64,000 nt of DNA from an uncultured Chloroflexia bacterium. Lineage in GTDB: Bacteria; Chloroflexota; Anaerolineae; JAAYZQ01. Shown in pieces: positions 1 to 10,144 of the stretch. The notes under the pieces are model-generated. The model ran no database searches. It worked only from the letters and a program-made list of their open reading frames with translations, and was not told the DNA's origin. Every line of letters starts with the position of its first letter. Position 1 is the first letter of the stretch. Both the position numbers and the translations under genes were made by a program. The stretch is from the NCBI GenBank assembly GCA_963700285.1, contig CAVOXA010000001.1:512001-576000 (forward strand), written 5' to 3'.

Positions 1-229
1 GGATCCAGAGATGATCAAAGAGGTCCTCGACGTCATGCGCGAGCTTGCTCAGTCTGGCATGACCATGATCGTTGTCACTCACGAGATGGGTTTTGCCCGC
101 GAGGCCGCCGATCGCCTGGTCATGTTTGACGAGGGCCAGATCGTCGAGGCCGCGTCGCCTGATGAGTTTTTTGACAATCCCAAAGAGGACCGGACCAAGC
201 TGTTCCTGAGCCAGATATTGACACACTAG
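1..229 (+). CDS. Amino-acid ABC transporter ATP-binding protein, C-terminal part (truncated by window edge)
   Basis: DPEMIKEVLDVM...TMIVVTHEMGFAREAADR is the GlnQ-family H-loop region. Confidence 0.9.
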   Translation, partial: DPEMIKEVLDVMRELAQSGMTMIVVTHEMGFAREAADRLVMFDEGQIVEAASPDEFFDNPKEDRTKLFLSQILTH

Positions 230-305
230 CGCTCCGGCGCTATAATCCAATGCAGTCTCTTGCTGACCGGCCTACAGGCCGGTCAGCTTGCGCGTTGGAG
301 GAAGA

Positions 306-1148
306 TTGAAAATCAGCCTGGCCACGGGTACACTTTACGTTTACCCTCTTCGAACGGTATTCCGCTGGGCCCGAGCGTGTGGCTTTGATGGGGTCGAGTT
401 GTCGGTCAATCCCGAGGCCATCCTACGTGGAGGCCGGGCCCTGCAGCAGTTGGCCGTACAGGCAGGCGTCAAAATCCTATCGGTACACCCGACTGTAGTA
501 CCGCTGCCTGGGTGGTGGGAGCGCAGAGATGGGATGGGGCCTACCATCCGGCTGGCGATGGACACCGGCGCCGGTGTCGTGGTGATGCACACCCCACGTG
601 CCGAAAGCCTGGATGCAGGGGACGGACTTGCATTCCGGCAGCGGATCGAAACCTGGCAGCCACGCCTGGCTGGTACCGGTCTGAGGCTGGCTGTTGAAAA
701 CAAAGCCATTCACCACGAGGCAGCACGGCGATACGCCCTCAGCCCACTGGATCGGCTTTGCGCTTTTGCCGATCGTTATGATCTGGGGCTGGTATTGGAC
801 ACAACCCACGCCGGCACAGCAGGTGAGGACCTGCTGCAGGCGCGCAAGATCTATGATGGGAGGCTGGTGAACGTCCACTTGAGCGATATCGGAGGCCGGA
901 TGCTCCTGGCAAAGTTGCCTCACGCCAGGAAATACGTCGGTGAGCACCGTCTCCCAGGGGCAGGCGATCTCGCGTTGGAGGGGCTGCTCGTCAGCCTTGC
1001 TGGCGAGGGTTACTCTGGCCTCTTAACCCTTGAGGCGAACCCCATTGAGGTGAGGATCTGGTGGCCTCCAGCCGTACGTCGCCATTTGGCGCAGGCTGCT
1101 GCCTGGATGCGGCGAGCAACCGGGCTGCGGGGGGAATCGACTTTCTAG
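306..1148 (+). CDS. Sugar-phosphate isomerase/epimerase (AP-endonuclease-2 TIM barrel)
   Basis: GFDGVEL, LAVEN, LDTTH, VHLSD and H.LPG.G motifs; TTG start at 306 after GGAGG. Confidence 0.8.
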   Translation: MKISLATGTLYVYPLRTVFRWARACGFDGVELSVNPEAILRGGRALQQLAVQAGVKILSVHPTVVPLPGWWERRDGMGPTIRLAMDTGAGVVVMHTPRAESLDAGDGLAFRQRIETWQPRLAGTGLRLAVENKAIHHEAARRYALSPLDRLCAFADRYDLGLVLDTTHAGTAGEDLLQARKIYDGRLVNVHLSDIGGRMLLAKLPHARKYVGEHRLPGAGDLALEGLLVSLAGEGYSGLLTLEANPIEVRIWWPPAVRRHLAQAAAWMRRATGLRGESTF

Positions 1149-1363
1149 CCCTCGGCTTCTGCGTCGCTATCCCCTTCTACGGCTTCCGGTTCAGGCAGGC
1201 GTACCCGTTTGAGAGAAATCTTGATTGCCTGCCGGCATTGAGGGCACTCGGTCGTATAGTGGGCTGGCTTCCGGGCAATCCCCTCCACAGCCAGCGCGTT
1301 GGCAACATATTGCTCAGTCAGTTGAAAAGCATTGCCGCACTTGAAGCACCGGACTTTGAGCAT
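1145..1363 (-). CDS. Small zinc-ribbon hypothetical protein (72 aa)
   Basis: CFKC and CPQC pairs; ATG at 1363 preceded by GGAGAG. Confidence 0.65.
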   Translation of the reverse strand: MLKVRCFKCGNAFQLTEQYVANALAVEGIARKPAHYTTECPQCRQAIKISLKRVRLPEPEAVEGDSDAEAEG

Positions 1364-1619
1364 GATTCTCTCCACAACCGATGCCCAGATATCTTGAGTG
1401 AGGGCATCGGCGAACACAGGCGGGCAGTACCACGAGGGTATGGCCCTCTCTTGTAACAACCAGTATAGCATCTCTCCAGTGTCCTGTCAAAGCATCGCGG
1501 ACCAGCACCAGGCTGTTGTACCTCCGCCTGGCATGGGGGAGTCTTTGATCAAAGGGCATGAACACCGCGATTCGGATCACTTCTGCCGGATGGTAGCGTT
1601 TGTCCAGAGAGGATGGGGT

Positions 1620-2618
1620 ATGAAGGACTTCTATGAACTCACCAACCGTGGCCAGGCGTTGCGCCTGCGCAAGATGGCGTTGGTCGCACTCCAGCACTAT
1701 GATCTAGATGTGGAGCGCGTTCGCCTCATGAGCAATGACTTCAACGGTATCTTTCGAGTGGACACGTTTGGTGGTGAGAAATTTATCGTGCGCGTCTGCC
1801 TGCCAGAGGGTGGGCACAGCCTCATAGAGGTCCGCTCGGAGATGATGTGGCTGGCAGCACTGCAGCGGGACACGGACCTTGGTGCCCCTCAACCACAGCC
1901 CACCCGGGACGGTGATCTGGTGACGACAGTGGAGCTAGCTGAGGTTCCAGGGCCGCGTCATTGCGTGGTTTTTGGCTGGGCACCTGGTCCAGATCTGGCA
2001 GACAGGCTGACGGTGGAGAATGTTTCCAAACTGGGCGAGCTTGCCGCCCGCCTGCATCAGTACACGATCAGCTTCAGCCCTCCAGATGGTTTCTACATCA
2101 AGACGGCGGATAAGGTCTTTCCTTGCGGGGAACCTGTGGTCCTCTTTGAAAAGGACCACCACCAGCTTATGCCATCAGAGAGACGCGATGTCTTTCAAAG
2201 CGCCGTGGAGTGCGTCGAGACGGCCATCGAGGGACTTTATGCTGACAGGCGAGGTCTGCGGGTCTTGCATTGCGACTTGCATCAGTGGAACATCAAAGTC
2301 TTTCGGGGCAAGCTGTATCCAATTGACTTTGAAGATCTGATGTGGGGCCATCCAGTCCAGGACATCGCTATTACCCTCTACTATCTACAGGGTTACGAGC
2401 AGTATCCTGCGCTGCGCGCGGCGTTTAGGCGCGGATACACCCGGCACAGTAGCTGGCCGGAACAGTACCCCGGGCAGATCGATGCCTTTATTGCCGGACG
2501 CGGGTTAGAACTGGCCAACTTTGTCCTCCAGGATCCCAATCCGGATTATCGGAATGAAGCGCCGGCTTTCATCGAGCGCACCGAGGGTCGGCTCCGGGCT
2601 TTTCTGGAAAGCCGTTAG
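1620..2618 (+). CDS. Phosphotransferase (APH/homoserine kinase type II family)
   Basis: HCDLHQWNI and IDFED kinase motifs; ATG at 1620. Confidence 0.85.
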   Translation: MKDFYELTNRGQALRLRKMALVALQHYDLDVERVRLMSNDFNGIFRVDTFGGEKFIVRVCLPEGGHSLIEVRSEMMWLAALQRDTDLGAPQPQPTRDGDLVTTVELAEVPGPRHCVVFGWAPGPDLADRLTVENVSKLGELAARLHQYTISFSPPDGFYIKTADKVFPCGEPVVLFEKDHHQLMPSERRDVFQSAVECVETAIEGLYADRRGLRVLHCDLHQWNIKVFRGKLYPIDFEDLMWGHPVQDIAITLYYLQGYEQYPALRAAFRRGYTRHSSWPEQYPGQIDAFIAGRGLELANFVLQDPNPDYRNEAPAFIERTEGRLRAFLESR

Positions 2619-2755
2619 CGCTGTCAGGGCGCGGTACAATCGGCAACCTGTCTGACGAGTTGTGAGGGTCCTTGGCATGGTCGCTATCGCCTCGGTTCAG
2701 ACCAACCCAGCGCTATCAGGTATACTCAACCAGCTGGCAGCATGCCGTCCACAGA

Positions 2756-3667
2756 TCAAGCCTTGATTTCGTGTTGAGGTTTGGTTGCACCGAGTTCTGC
2801 GCGCGAGGCGACATAGATACCAGCGAGGACCAATGCACCGCCAATGACAATGGCCGAAGTGAATGCTTCGTCGAGGAGCAGAAAGGCCAGGATCGCGGAC
2901 CCGATGGGTTCGGCCAGGGTAATAATGGAGACATAGGTGGCCGACAGCAGGTGCAGTGCCCAGTTGAGCGTTGTGTGGCCGACGAGCTGCGGGATAAGGC
3001 CCAGGGCCAGCAGCCAGACGTAGGCAGCAGGGCTGAAGCCAAACATCGGTTGCCGAGTCGCGATCACCAGAACGAGCACGGTGACTATTGCTACGCCATA
3101 CACCAGCGACACGTACACGATGAGGGACCGGCGGGCACGTACCTTGCGGCCGATCATCAGGTAGCCGGCTATCATGACCGCGCCGGCCAGCGCCAGTAGA
3201 TCGCCCAGTAGCTGGTCTTGGCCCTGGCCCAGGTCGGCCCAACTGATAACGATACTGCCCACCGCGGCCACGACGATACCCATGGCCAACAGGTAGCTCG
3301 GTCGCTCGCGTAAAAAGATCCAAGAGCCAAGGCCGACAAAAACAGGCCCCATGGAGACCAATATGACAGAACTGGCAACTGAGGTATAGCCCAGAGATGC
3401 GATCCAGGCTGCAAAATGAAGCCCCAGGAATATCCCGGAAGCCACCACCAAGCCTACTTCACTGCGTGAGAGATCCTGGATTTCGTCGCGGTGCTTGAGC
3501 CAAGCATAGGGCAGCAACATTGCTGCAGCGACGATCAGGCGCCAGGCAGCGATGGACAGACTGGGTACGCCCTCGGCCTGGGCCAACCGGATGAAAATCG
3601 AGGCGAAAGAGATGGCGACGATGCCCAGGCTCAGGTTGAGCAGGAATCGGGTGCGAGAGACTTCCAT
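2756..3667 (-). CDS. DMT/EamA family transporter
   Basis: About 10 hydrophobic helices in two EamA repeats; GHT.LNWAL and EPI motifs. Confidence 0.9.
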   Translation of the reverse strand: MEVSRTRFLLNLSLGIVAISFASIFIRLAQAEGVPSLSIAAWRLIVAAAMLLPYAWLKHRDEIQDLSRSEVGLVVASGIFLGLHFAAWIASLGYTSVASSVILVSMGPVFVGLGSWIFLRERPSYLLAMGIVVAAVGSIVISWADLGQGQDQLLGDLLALAGAVMIAGYLMIGRKVRARRSLIVYVSLVYGVAIVTVLVLVIATRQPMFGFSPAAYVWLLALGLIPQLVGHTTLNWALHLLSATYVSIITLAEPIGSAILAFLLLDEAFTSAIVIGGALVLAGIYVASRAELGATKPQHEIKA

Positions 3668-3770
3668 GATCGGCTCCTTGGCTCAGGCTTGTCCGAGCCA
3701 TTGAGTTGCGCTGCCGATAGTTGGACCATTATACCAGGACTTGGCACAGGAAGGAAGAAAGCGAGGACTG

Positions 3771-4268
3771 ATGCGGCCTGAAGAGATCACCAAACTCAAG
3801 GACAGGATCAGGGCGGCGCGGGTCAAGTTGCTGGCCTCGGTGAATGACCTGAACGAGGCTGCCTGGGACTGGAGGCCGGAGGACGATCGTTGGTCGGTGA
3901 GATTGACTCTGGCCCACGTGGGGTCAGCTCAGTGGGATCACCTCGACGTACTCAATCGTTTGCTTTCTGGTGAGCCGACTGCCATGTCAGATTTCGATCT
4001 AGATGCCTGGAACGCGGCCAGTGTGGCCAGACGGGATGATTGGGTACCAGCCCGCATCCTGGCTGACCTGGAGGCTGCCCAGCAGGAGACGATGGCCTTC
4101 CTGGATAGGCTCGATGATGGACAATTGGTAGTAACTGGTACACATCCGGCCCTGGGCAGGATCAGCGTGGCCCAGGTGCTCAGGATCATTGCCCTGCACG
4201 ACGGCCTGCACCGGCGGGATGTGCTGCAACTGCTGCGCGAGATGGATGAGCACGAGACCAGTCGCTGA
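3771..4268 (+). CDS. DinB family protein
   Basis: WSVRLTLAH and H...H (HDGLH) metal-binding motifs. Confidence 0.8.
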   Translation: MRPEEITKLKDRIRAARVKLLASVNDLNEAAWDWRPEDDRWSVRLTLAHVGSAQWDHLDVLNRLLSGEPTAMSDFDLDAWNAASVARRDDWVPARILADLEAAQQETMAFLDRLDDGQLVVTGTHPALGRISVAQVLRIIALHDGLHRRDVLQLLREMDEHETSR

Positions 4269-4340
4269 CTATTGTCTGTTACAGTGCGCCAACCTGTTTT
4301 CCACGCCTTGCACAGCTCATGGATACCTCTGGTATCGGAT

Positions 4341-4368
4341 TTGACATGCCCTGGATGTTGGGTATAAT
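4341..4368 (+). promoter_or_regulatory. Sigma70-type promoter
   Basis: TTGACA-16 bp-TATAAT directly upstream of the cNMP gene. Confidence 0.75.
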
Positions 4369-4401
4369 GGCAAGGTGCTCGCTAGGAGGTGATCGACGAG
4401 A

Positions 4402-7104
4402 GTGAAACTTGACTACGTCGGAAACGCTCCGTTTTTCTCTGCTCTGACGGAGCAGGAACAGGAACGCGTTTCCCAACAGATGCACCTGGAACACCGCCGC
4501 ACAGGCGATGAATTGTTTCAACCCGGCGATGATAGTACAGCGCTGTATTTGATCAAGTCGGGGTGGGTTCGCCTGAGTACTGAAGGCGGTATGGCGCTCG
4601 CCAGCCAGGGGCCTGGTAGCCTGGTTGGTGAAACGGATCTATTCTTTGACAAGCCCCGCTCCCTTGGTGCCAAAGTAGCAACAGATGCCGAGCTTTGGGT
4701 CCTCACCAAAGAAGACCTGATCGGATTGATGGCCGAGTCTCCCCAGATTGGCCTCAAGCTCGCTGTGGCTTTCGGCTCCCGTCTTGCCCTCTTTGACCAA
4801 TACCTCTGCGACCATCGTCTGAAGCCTCTCCCGTTCCTTTCGGGTTTGGACGGCGATGCTCTGGCGGCTATCGCCCACCGGCTGGTTCCGGTGGAAAAGA
4901 GTGAGGGCGAGTTTGTTGTGGAGGCGGGGCAGCCACCAGAGGCGCTGTTCATTGTTGAATCTGGACTGGTACGCCTCCCAAGTTCCGAGGAAGGTGGAGA
5001 TTTTTCGGAGCTTGGCGCCGGTGAGACTTTTGGCGAACTGGCTGTCCTGACCGGAAAGCCGCATGCACGGGCGGCGCAGGCTGCCACAGATGTTGTTCTC
5101 TGGGCCTTACCTGTTACTGAGTTTGAGTCCTTGGCGGTTGAATGCCCCGATGTCCGCTTGGCCCTCAGCGAGGCCTTCCGAGAACCGTTGTCTCCCCAGG
5201 ATCTGAACCTGGCGATGGAACGGTTGTCCGGTATGCGCTTGTTCTCTGGTCTCTCGGAGGAGGGCCTCTGGAATGTGGCCCAACGACTGCTGCTGCGCCA
5301 CGTGCCGGCAGGCGAACAGATCTATGCCGAGGGAATGCCAGGTGATGCACTCTATGTGATGGACACGGGCCGGGTCGAGATTGGACCGGATAGGCAGCCA
5401 GTAGAGCCGGGCGAGTTCTTTGGCGAGATGGCGCTCCTGACGGGCAAGCCGCGTTCGTCAGCCGCCACAGCGACTGAGCATACCAATCTGTGGGTCCTTT
5501 ACCGCTCTGATTTTGACGACCTGGTGAACCGGTATCCCGCGATCAGTGTGGGTCTCAGCAAGGAGCTCAGTGAGCGCCTGGCTGAGATGGATCGTCGCTT
5601 TACCGAGAGTCACTTGCGTGGCCTCAAGTTGTTGGCTGGCCTATCCTCGGCCCAACTTCAGGATATCAGCCACCGGCTGAAGCCGGCTCGATTCCGGCAG
5701 GCAGAAACCATCATCCAGGAAGGCCAGCCCGGCGACGAGATGTACTTCATCGAGTCTGGCCAGGTGCGGGTGTTGAGGACGCACGGGGCCCAGATTCTGG
5801 TCCTGGCCGAGATGGGCGCGGGCGATCTCTTTGGTGAGATGGCGCTTCTTACGGGAAAACCCCGGTCTGCTACTGTCACGGCTTTGACGGATGTGAACCT
5901 GTGGGTCTTGGGCCAGTCCGACTTTGACGAGTTGGTGACCAGCTATCCCACCCTCGCTCTGGCGCTCAGCCGCCTGTTGAGCGACAGGCTGAGCAGTACG
6001 GACGCCCACATCCTGCAGCAGCCAGCAATGGCTGTGCCAGCCGCGGCTTCGCTGCAACCCGCAGCCGCGCCCGTTGTCGCTGTACCGCTTCCGGTGGCCG
6101 CGTCAGTACCCCAGGCCCGCACGGCACCGCGTCCGCGACCAGCGCCAAAGCCCACGCCGCGACCGACCAGGGCAAAACCCGCGCAAAGTCTCACGTCTGA
6201 ACTGGGTGAATCGTTCAATGGCCTTGTTGGCTGGTTCGGCAGCCTCAGCCGTGGCGCCAAGGTGCGATTGGTTGTGGTTTCCATGCTCTTGGTTTGGCTG
6301 GTGTGCATTGTTGCGCCCGCCTTCTTGATCTCGACTCTGGCCGCTGAGGAAGTGACCAACCTGCAGGGTGCCATTGCCTTTGTGCAAACCGAGACCCCAT
6401 TGCCGACTGACACACCTCTTCCGACCATGACACCCATCCCGCCTACACCTATGCCGATTCCACCTACTCAGACGCCTCTGCCGACCACGACCCCGCTTCC
6501 GCCAACGCCGACTCTGGTCCCACCGACTGCCACTCCTGTGCCAACTGAGACACCTCTGCCGCCAACGCCAACGCCTGAACCGCCTACCGCCACGCCTGAA
6601 CCACCGACTGCCACGCCCGTCCCGACCAGGGCCGCGGCGCAACCTGCCAGGTCGTCTGCTGCAAGTGGGCCGGCGCCCAAGCCAAAGCCACCCCGCGAAC
6701 TCGATCCCAGGTTGCCCGCCCTGAATGTGGGTATTCAGGAGCCGAATGTCCAGCCGGGACAGAGCTACTGGCGTCTGGTTAAGGCCTTCTGGCAGAACAA
6801 AGAGGAGTCGGGCAACGACCATACCGTCTACCTTGAGGTTCTGGATGAAGGCGGCAGCCGTATCGTAGGCCAGCCGATAGAGATCCGCTGGCAGGATGGC
6901 AGCCTGGTCGTCGTTACTGAGGACAAGCCAAGGCCCGAGTATTCGGCCAACTTTCCTATGTTTGGAACCCTGGGTTCATACTCTGTGAGTGTTCTTGGCC
7001 TGCCCAGCGACACGATGGTGGGTCTGGGCATGGGTACGCCTGAACGCCCGGATTTCACCATTCACACCAATTTTCTGCTTACGTTCCAACGGGTCAAGCG
7101 CTAG
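4402..7104 (+). CDS. Membrane protein with four cyclic-nucleotide-binding domains, one TM helix, a Pro/Thr linker and an extracellular C-terminal domain
   Basis: Four repeats of G...Y.I.SG.V...(F/V)GE..L...PR..; hydrophobic stretch VRLVVVSMLLVWLVCIV; PTPT repeats. Confidence 0.85.
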   Translation: MKLDYVGNAPFFSALTEQEQERVSQQMHLEHRRTGDELFQPGDDSTALYLIKSGWVRLSTEGGMALASQGPGSLVGETDLFFDKPRSLGAKVATDAELWVLTKEDLIGLMAESPQIGLKLAVAFGSRLALFDQYLCDHRLKPLPFLSGLDGDALAAIAHRLVPVEKSEGEFVVEAGQPPEALFIVESGLVRLPSSEEGGDFSELGAGETFGELAVLTGKPHARAAQAATDVVLWALPVTEFESLAVECPDVRLALSEAFREPLSPQDLNLAMERLSGMRLFSGLSEEGLWNVAQRLLLRHVPAGEQIYAEGMPGDALYVMDTGRVEIGPDRQPVEPGEFFGEMALLTGKPRSSAATATEHTNLWVLYRSDFDDLVNRYPAISVGLSKELSERLAEMDRRFTESHLRGLKLLAGLSSAQLQDISHRLKPARFRQAETIIQEGQPGDEMYFIESGQVRVLRTHGAQILVLAEMGAGDLFGEMALLTGKPRSATVTALTDVNLWVLGQSDFDELVTSYPTLALALSRLLSDRLSSTDAHILQQPAMAVPAAASLQPAAAPVVAVPLPVAASVPQARTAPRPRPAPKPTPRPTRAKPAQSLTSELGESFNGLVGWFGSLSRGAKVRLVVVSMLLVWLVCIVAPAFLISTLAAEEVTNLQGAIAFVQTETPLPTDTPLPTMTPIPPTPMPIPPTQTPLPTTTPLPPTPTLVPPTATPVPTETPLPPTPTPEPPTATPEPPTATPVPTRAAAQPARSSAASGPAPKPKPPRELDPRLPALNVGIQEPNVQPGQSYWRLVKAFWQNKEESGNDHTVYLEVLDEGGSRIVGQPIEIRWQDGSLVVVTEDKPRPEYSANFPMFGTLGSYSVSVLGLPSDTMVGLGMGTPERPDFTIHTNFLLTFQRVKR

Positions 7105-7123
7105 GGTCTTCCAGACGAAAAAC

Positions 7124-7152
7124 AAGGGGCGGACATCTGTCCGCCCCTTTTC
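7124..7152. terminator. Bidirectional intrinsic terminator
   Basis: AAGGGGCGGACA/TGTCCGCCCCTT stem with A-tract and T-tract flanks between convergent genes. Confidence 0.8.
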
Positions 7153-7280
7153 ATTTCAGATCTTGTCCGCACCATAGGCTCACTGGACTGATCGGCCTTG
7201 CTTTGGGAGCTAACTGGCCTGGATGCCCGTGATTCTCGAACTTGTTCTGCGGCCTCCTCCCAGACATGGAGCCGGGGAGC

Positions 7281-8768
7281 CTACTTTTCCATCACAGCCA
7301 AGTCGCGGTACGCTTTTCGTGGATAGAACTGGGGATAGTTGGGCAAGGCGATAGACCACCAGTATTGCTCGTCCTGCTCGGTCCATTCGACACTGGGCAT
7401 GTAGATCAAGCTCATGACGCCGATCCAAGGCTGCCAATGTTCCTTGGCATATTGGTAGGCTCTGACAAAATAGTCGGCTTGTTCTTCCTCGGTGACTGCG
7501 TGCCAGGCATAGGGCGAGTCCGGCCGCTCATCTATGGTCCAGCCGAATTCCAGCACAGCGACCTGTTTGTCACTGTCGCCGTGGTCCACCATGATCTGGC
7601 GCAAATCCTCGATGTGACGAAAACTGTAGATCCGGCATGGGTCCCCAGGACAATTCGGGTCGCCCCGGTTATGGAAGTTGGGATCGGCGGCCACCTCGCC
7701 TGGGTCCTTCTCCGGCGGGGATTTGTAGCCCGCACCATGAGCCCCCAAGACATCAAAGTACTGTTGGGCGCCGGCGGCATACATCTGTCTGAGGAATTCA
7801 GTGTCAGGCATGGCCACGTTGTCCGATCTGGTAGTAGGGGCCAACCCAGCGCTAATCACAGAAGCGTCCGGGTCAGCTTGTTTGATGGCCCCGTAGCATG
7901 TCTTCAGCAGTTCAACATAGCCCGCTGGATTGGGAGCGCTGCCACCCCATTCGCGTCTTAGGTTCGGCTCGTTCCAGACCTGGTAGGCGGCAATCCGTCC
8001 CTTGTAGCGGGTGGCAACCGCACCGCAATAATCAGCAAAATCCTGCAGGTTCTGGGGGGGACTCATGATGATGTTCTGGTTATTGGGATAGGCTTGACCC
8101 GTCGCCCAGGTCGGGTCGTTGTCCAGGCGAGCGATGAGGTGCAGCCCTCCCACGTTTTCGACCTGAGCCACGAGTCTGTCAGTGACGTCCCAGTCGAACT
8201 GGCCCTTACCCGTCCCCTCGATCTCGCGCCAGGCAAAACCCTGTTTCACCCAGCCAAAGCCAGCATCACGGACCATCTCCAGGTCGCGCTGGGCCACCTC
8301 AGGCCGCCACCAAAGAAAGGCTTGCATCCCATAATCCGGGGATTTCATCTTGACCATCCCACTGGAGGGCTGGGGTAGTGTAGGGGTGGGTTCTGGCACG
8401 CCCCCTGGCGGTGGGGTCTCTGATGGCGTTACCTCAGCGCTTGCTGTCCCAGAGAGTGGTGTTGGGAGGGGAGACTCCAAACTCGTCGCACCCGCTGGCG
8501 TCTGAGTTGCTGTGGGAGCGGCATCTGTGGCATCTGTGCTTGTTGCCGTCTCCACAGCGGAAACGACGGTTGGTGTGAACGTGGCGACAAGCGTTGCCGT
8601 GGGAGTGATGGCTGGCGCATCGGTGGCGGAGCTGCCACATGAGACGAGGGCGCCTATCCCCACAGAGACGGCCAGTATGAGCGCAAAGGTTAGATTGTGA
8701 GGGGTGAGGGTAATTCTTTTGTATCGCTTCTTGAGGCCCGATAGCGGCCTGGGATCCAACTGATTCAT
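7281..8768 (-). CDS. Secreted or lipid-anchored GH-A clan glycoside hydrolase (GH5/GH39-like) with P/T linker
   Basis: YQVWNEPN acid/base motif and LEFGW nucleophile; hydrophobic N-terminus ending LVSC; start uncertain. Confidence 0.8.
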   Translation of the reverse strand: MNQLDPRPLSGLKKRYKRITLTPHNLTFALILAVSVGIGALVSCGSSATDAPAITPTATLVATFTPTVVSAVETATSTDATDAAPTATQTPAGATSLESPLPTPLSGTASAEVTPSETPPPGGVPEPTPTLPQPSSGMVKMKSPDYGMQAFLWWRPEVAQRDLEMVRDAGFGWVKQGFAWREIEGTGKGQFDWDVTDRLVAQVENVGGLHLIARLDNDPTWATGQAYPNNQNIIMSPPQNLQDFADYCGAVATRYKGRIAAYQVWNEPNLRREWGGSAPNPAGYVELLKTCYGAIKQADPDASVISAGLAPTTRSDNVAMPDTEFLRQMYAAGAQQYFDVLGAHGAGYKSPPEKDPGEVAADPNFHNRGDPNCPGDPCRIYSFRHIEDLRQIMVDHGDSDKQVAVLEFGWTIDERPDSPYAWHAVTEEEQADYFVRAYQYAKEHWQPWIGVMSLIYMPSVEWTEQDEQYWWSIALPNYPQFYPRKAYRDLAVMEK

Positions 8769-8951
8769 CAAGCTCTCCGGCGTACCATAATGTCTGGGAC
8801 AGGCTACCGGAGCGATCGCGTCCTCGCCCCGGGTCCTGACCATAGCTTCTCGGTGTGTTTGCTGGGCCATTAGCAAAGCAGCATTATAGCCAAAAAGCCA
8901 GATGTGGTCAAGAAACGAGAGCGCCAGCATTTTCCAGACTGGCGCCCCGAT

Positions 8952-9003
8952 TTGACATCTATGACGCAGTGTGTTATATTCAAAACATGATGCACTGCGT
9001 CAT
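8952..9003 (+). promoter_or_regulatory. Phasin operon promoter with candidate PhaR operator
   Basis: TTGACA-17-TATATT; ATGACGCA in the spacer and near-palindrome ATGATGCACTGCGTCAT at 8987-9003. Confidence 0.6.
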
Positions 9004-9118
9004 GCCGGATGTCACCGGCGCCGGTGGCAACGACGCGGGTTCAACGTGATGTCCAGTTGCCCGGCGCTGCATCATGATGGTTCACGTCTACCATTCAATC
9101 ATGGTTCTGGGAGGTGTT

Positions 9119-9529
9119 ATGATGGCCGAGGTGAAAGTTGTTGTCAATGATGTCCAAGCCGCTCCAGATGAAACAGAGGACATGGTGTTGCGGGAAGCAG
9201 CTCACAAGCTGTTCCTGGCCAGTGTTGGCGCGGTGGCCATGGTCCAGGACACGATGGTAGGATGTCTGGCCAGGTTTGTGGAACGGGGCGAGGTCGTAGA
9301 GCAGGAGGGCAGGCAACTGGTGCGCCAAAGGATGGAAAAGCGAAAGCACCAGGTTCGCAAGTTTGCAAGAAGGCAGGAAGAGGTCGCTATGGAGGCCGAT
9401 GTGGAGATGGAAGCAGAGGTTGAAGGGCTTTTGAACCGCATGAATGTGCCAACCAAGAGCGACATTGATGCCTTGGGCGCCCAAGTTGCCGAGCTAACCA
9501 AAAAGGTAGACGAGTTGAAACGGGCATAG
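9119..9529 (+). CDS. Phasin (PHA granule-associated protein, PhaI/PhaF-like)
   Basis: KLFLASVGAV...LVERGE-like segment and C-terminal NVPTKSDIDAL. Confidence 0.8.
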   Translation: MMAEVKVVVNDVQAAPDETEDMVLREAAHKLFLASVGAVAMVQDTMVGCLARFVERGEVVEQEGRQLVRQRMEKRKHQVRKFARRQEEVAMEADVEMEAEVEGLLNRMNVPTKSDIDALGAQVAELTKKVDELKRA

Positions 9530-9619
9530 ACTCTGGAGCGTGTCGTTCTTTCCGATGTGCCTTCCCAGAGAATGGACCACTCGAAGGGGAAGGCACGAAC
9601 AGACCTAGGAGGTGTAGCA

Positions 9620-10012
9620 ATGGCAGAAGAAGAACAGGCGGTTGAAGTAGAAGATGCAGCCGAGATCGAAGCAGAGGTAGCAGAGGAGATGGAGCGCAAT
9701 ACCGTGTTGGGATTGGCGCACAAAGTGTTACTGGCTGGAATTGGCGCCGTAGCCCTGACGCAGGAAGAGGTGGAGAGGTTTGTCGGCAAGCTCGTCGAGC
9801 GGGGTGAGATCGCTGAGCAGGATGGTAAGAAGCTGGTCGGCGATGTGATGGAAAGGCGCAAGAAGGAGGCCAAGAAGGCGGAAGGAGAGCTGGACAAGAG
9901 GCTCGAAGATCTCTTGGACCGAATGAATGTGCCGACCAAAAGCGACATCGACGCCTTGAGCGTCAAGATCACCGAATTGAGCAAAAAGGTGGACGAGCTA
10001 AAAGAATCGTAG
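9620..10012 (+). CDS. Phasin paralogue
   Basis: KVLLAGIGAV, KLVERGE and NVPTKSDIDAL; AGGAGG RBS. Confidence 0.85.
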   Translation: MAEEEQAVEVEDAAEIEAEVAEEMERNTVLGLAHKVLLAGIGAVALTQEEVERFVGKLVERGEIAEQDGKKLVGDVMERRKKEAKKAEGELDKRLEDLLDRMNVPTKSDIDALSVKITELSKKVDELKES

Positions 10013-10144
10013 GCATGTCCAATCCTAGAATTGGGAGACGGGACCCTAGTCCCGCCTCCCTCTTTGCTTTCTGGAGCTGCCGGCTACGTTTCATCAGGCG
10101 GGTCACCCTCACTGAACGCCGGAGAAAGCCAGAGGAGCCGGATC

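Noticed and set aside
6390-6630. Short tandem-like repeats (also 53810-54030) resembling an array
   Set aside because: They are degenerate codons for Pro/Thr linkers inside ORFs, with no CRISPR repeat-spacer structure.
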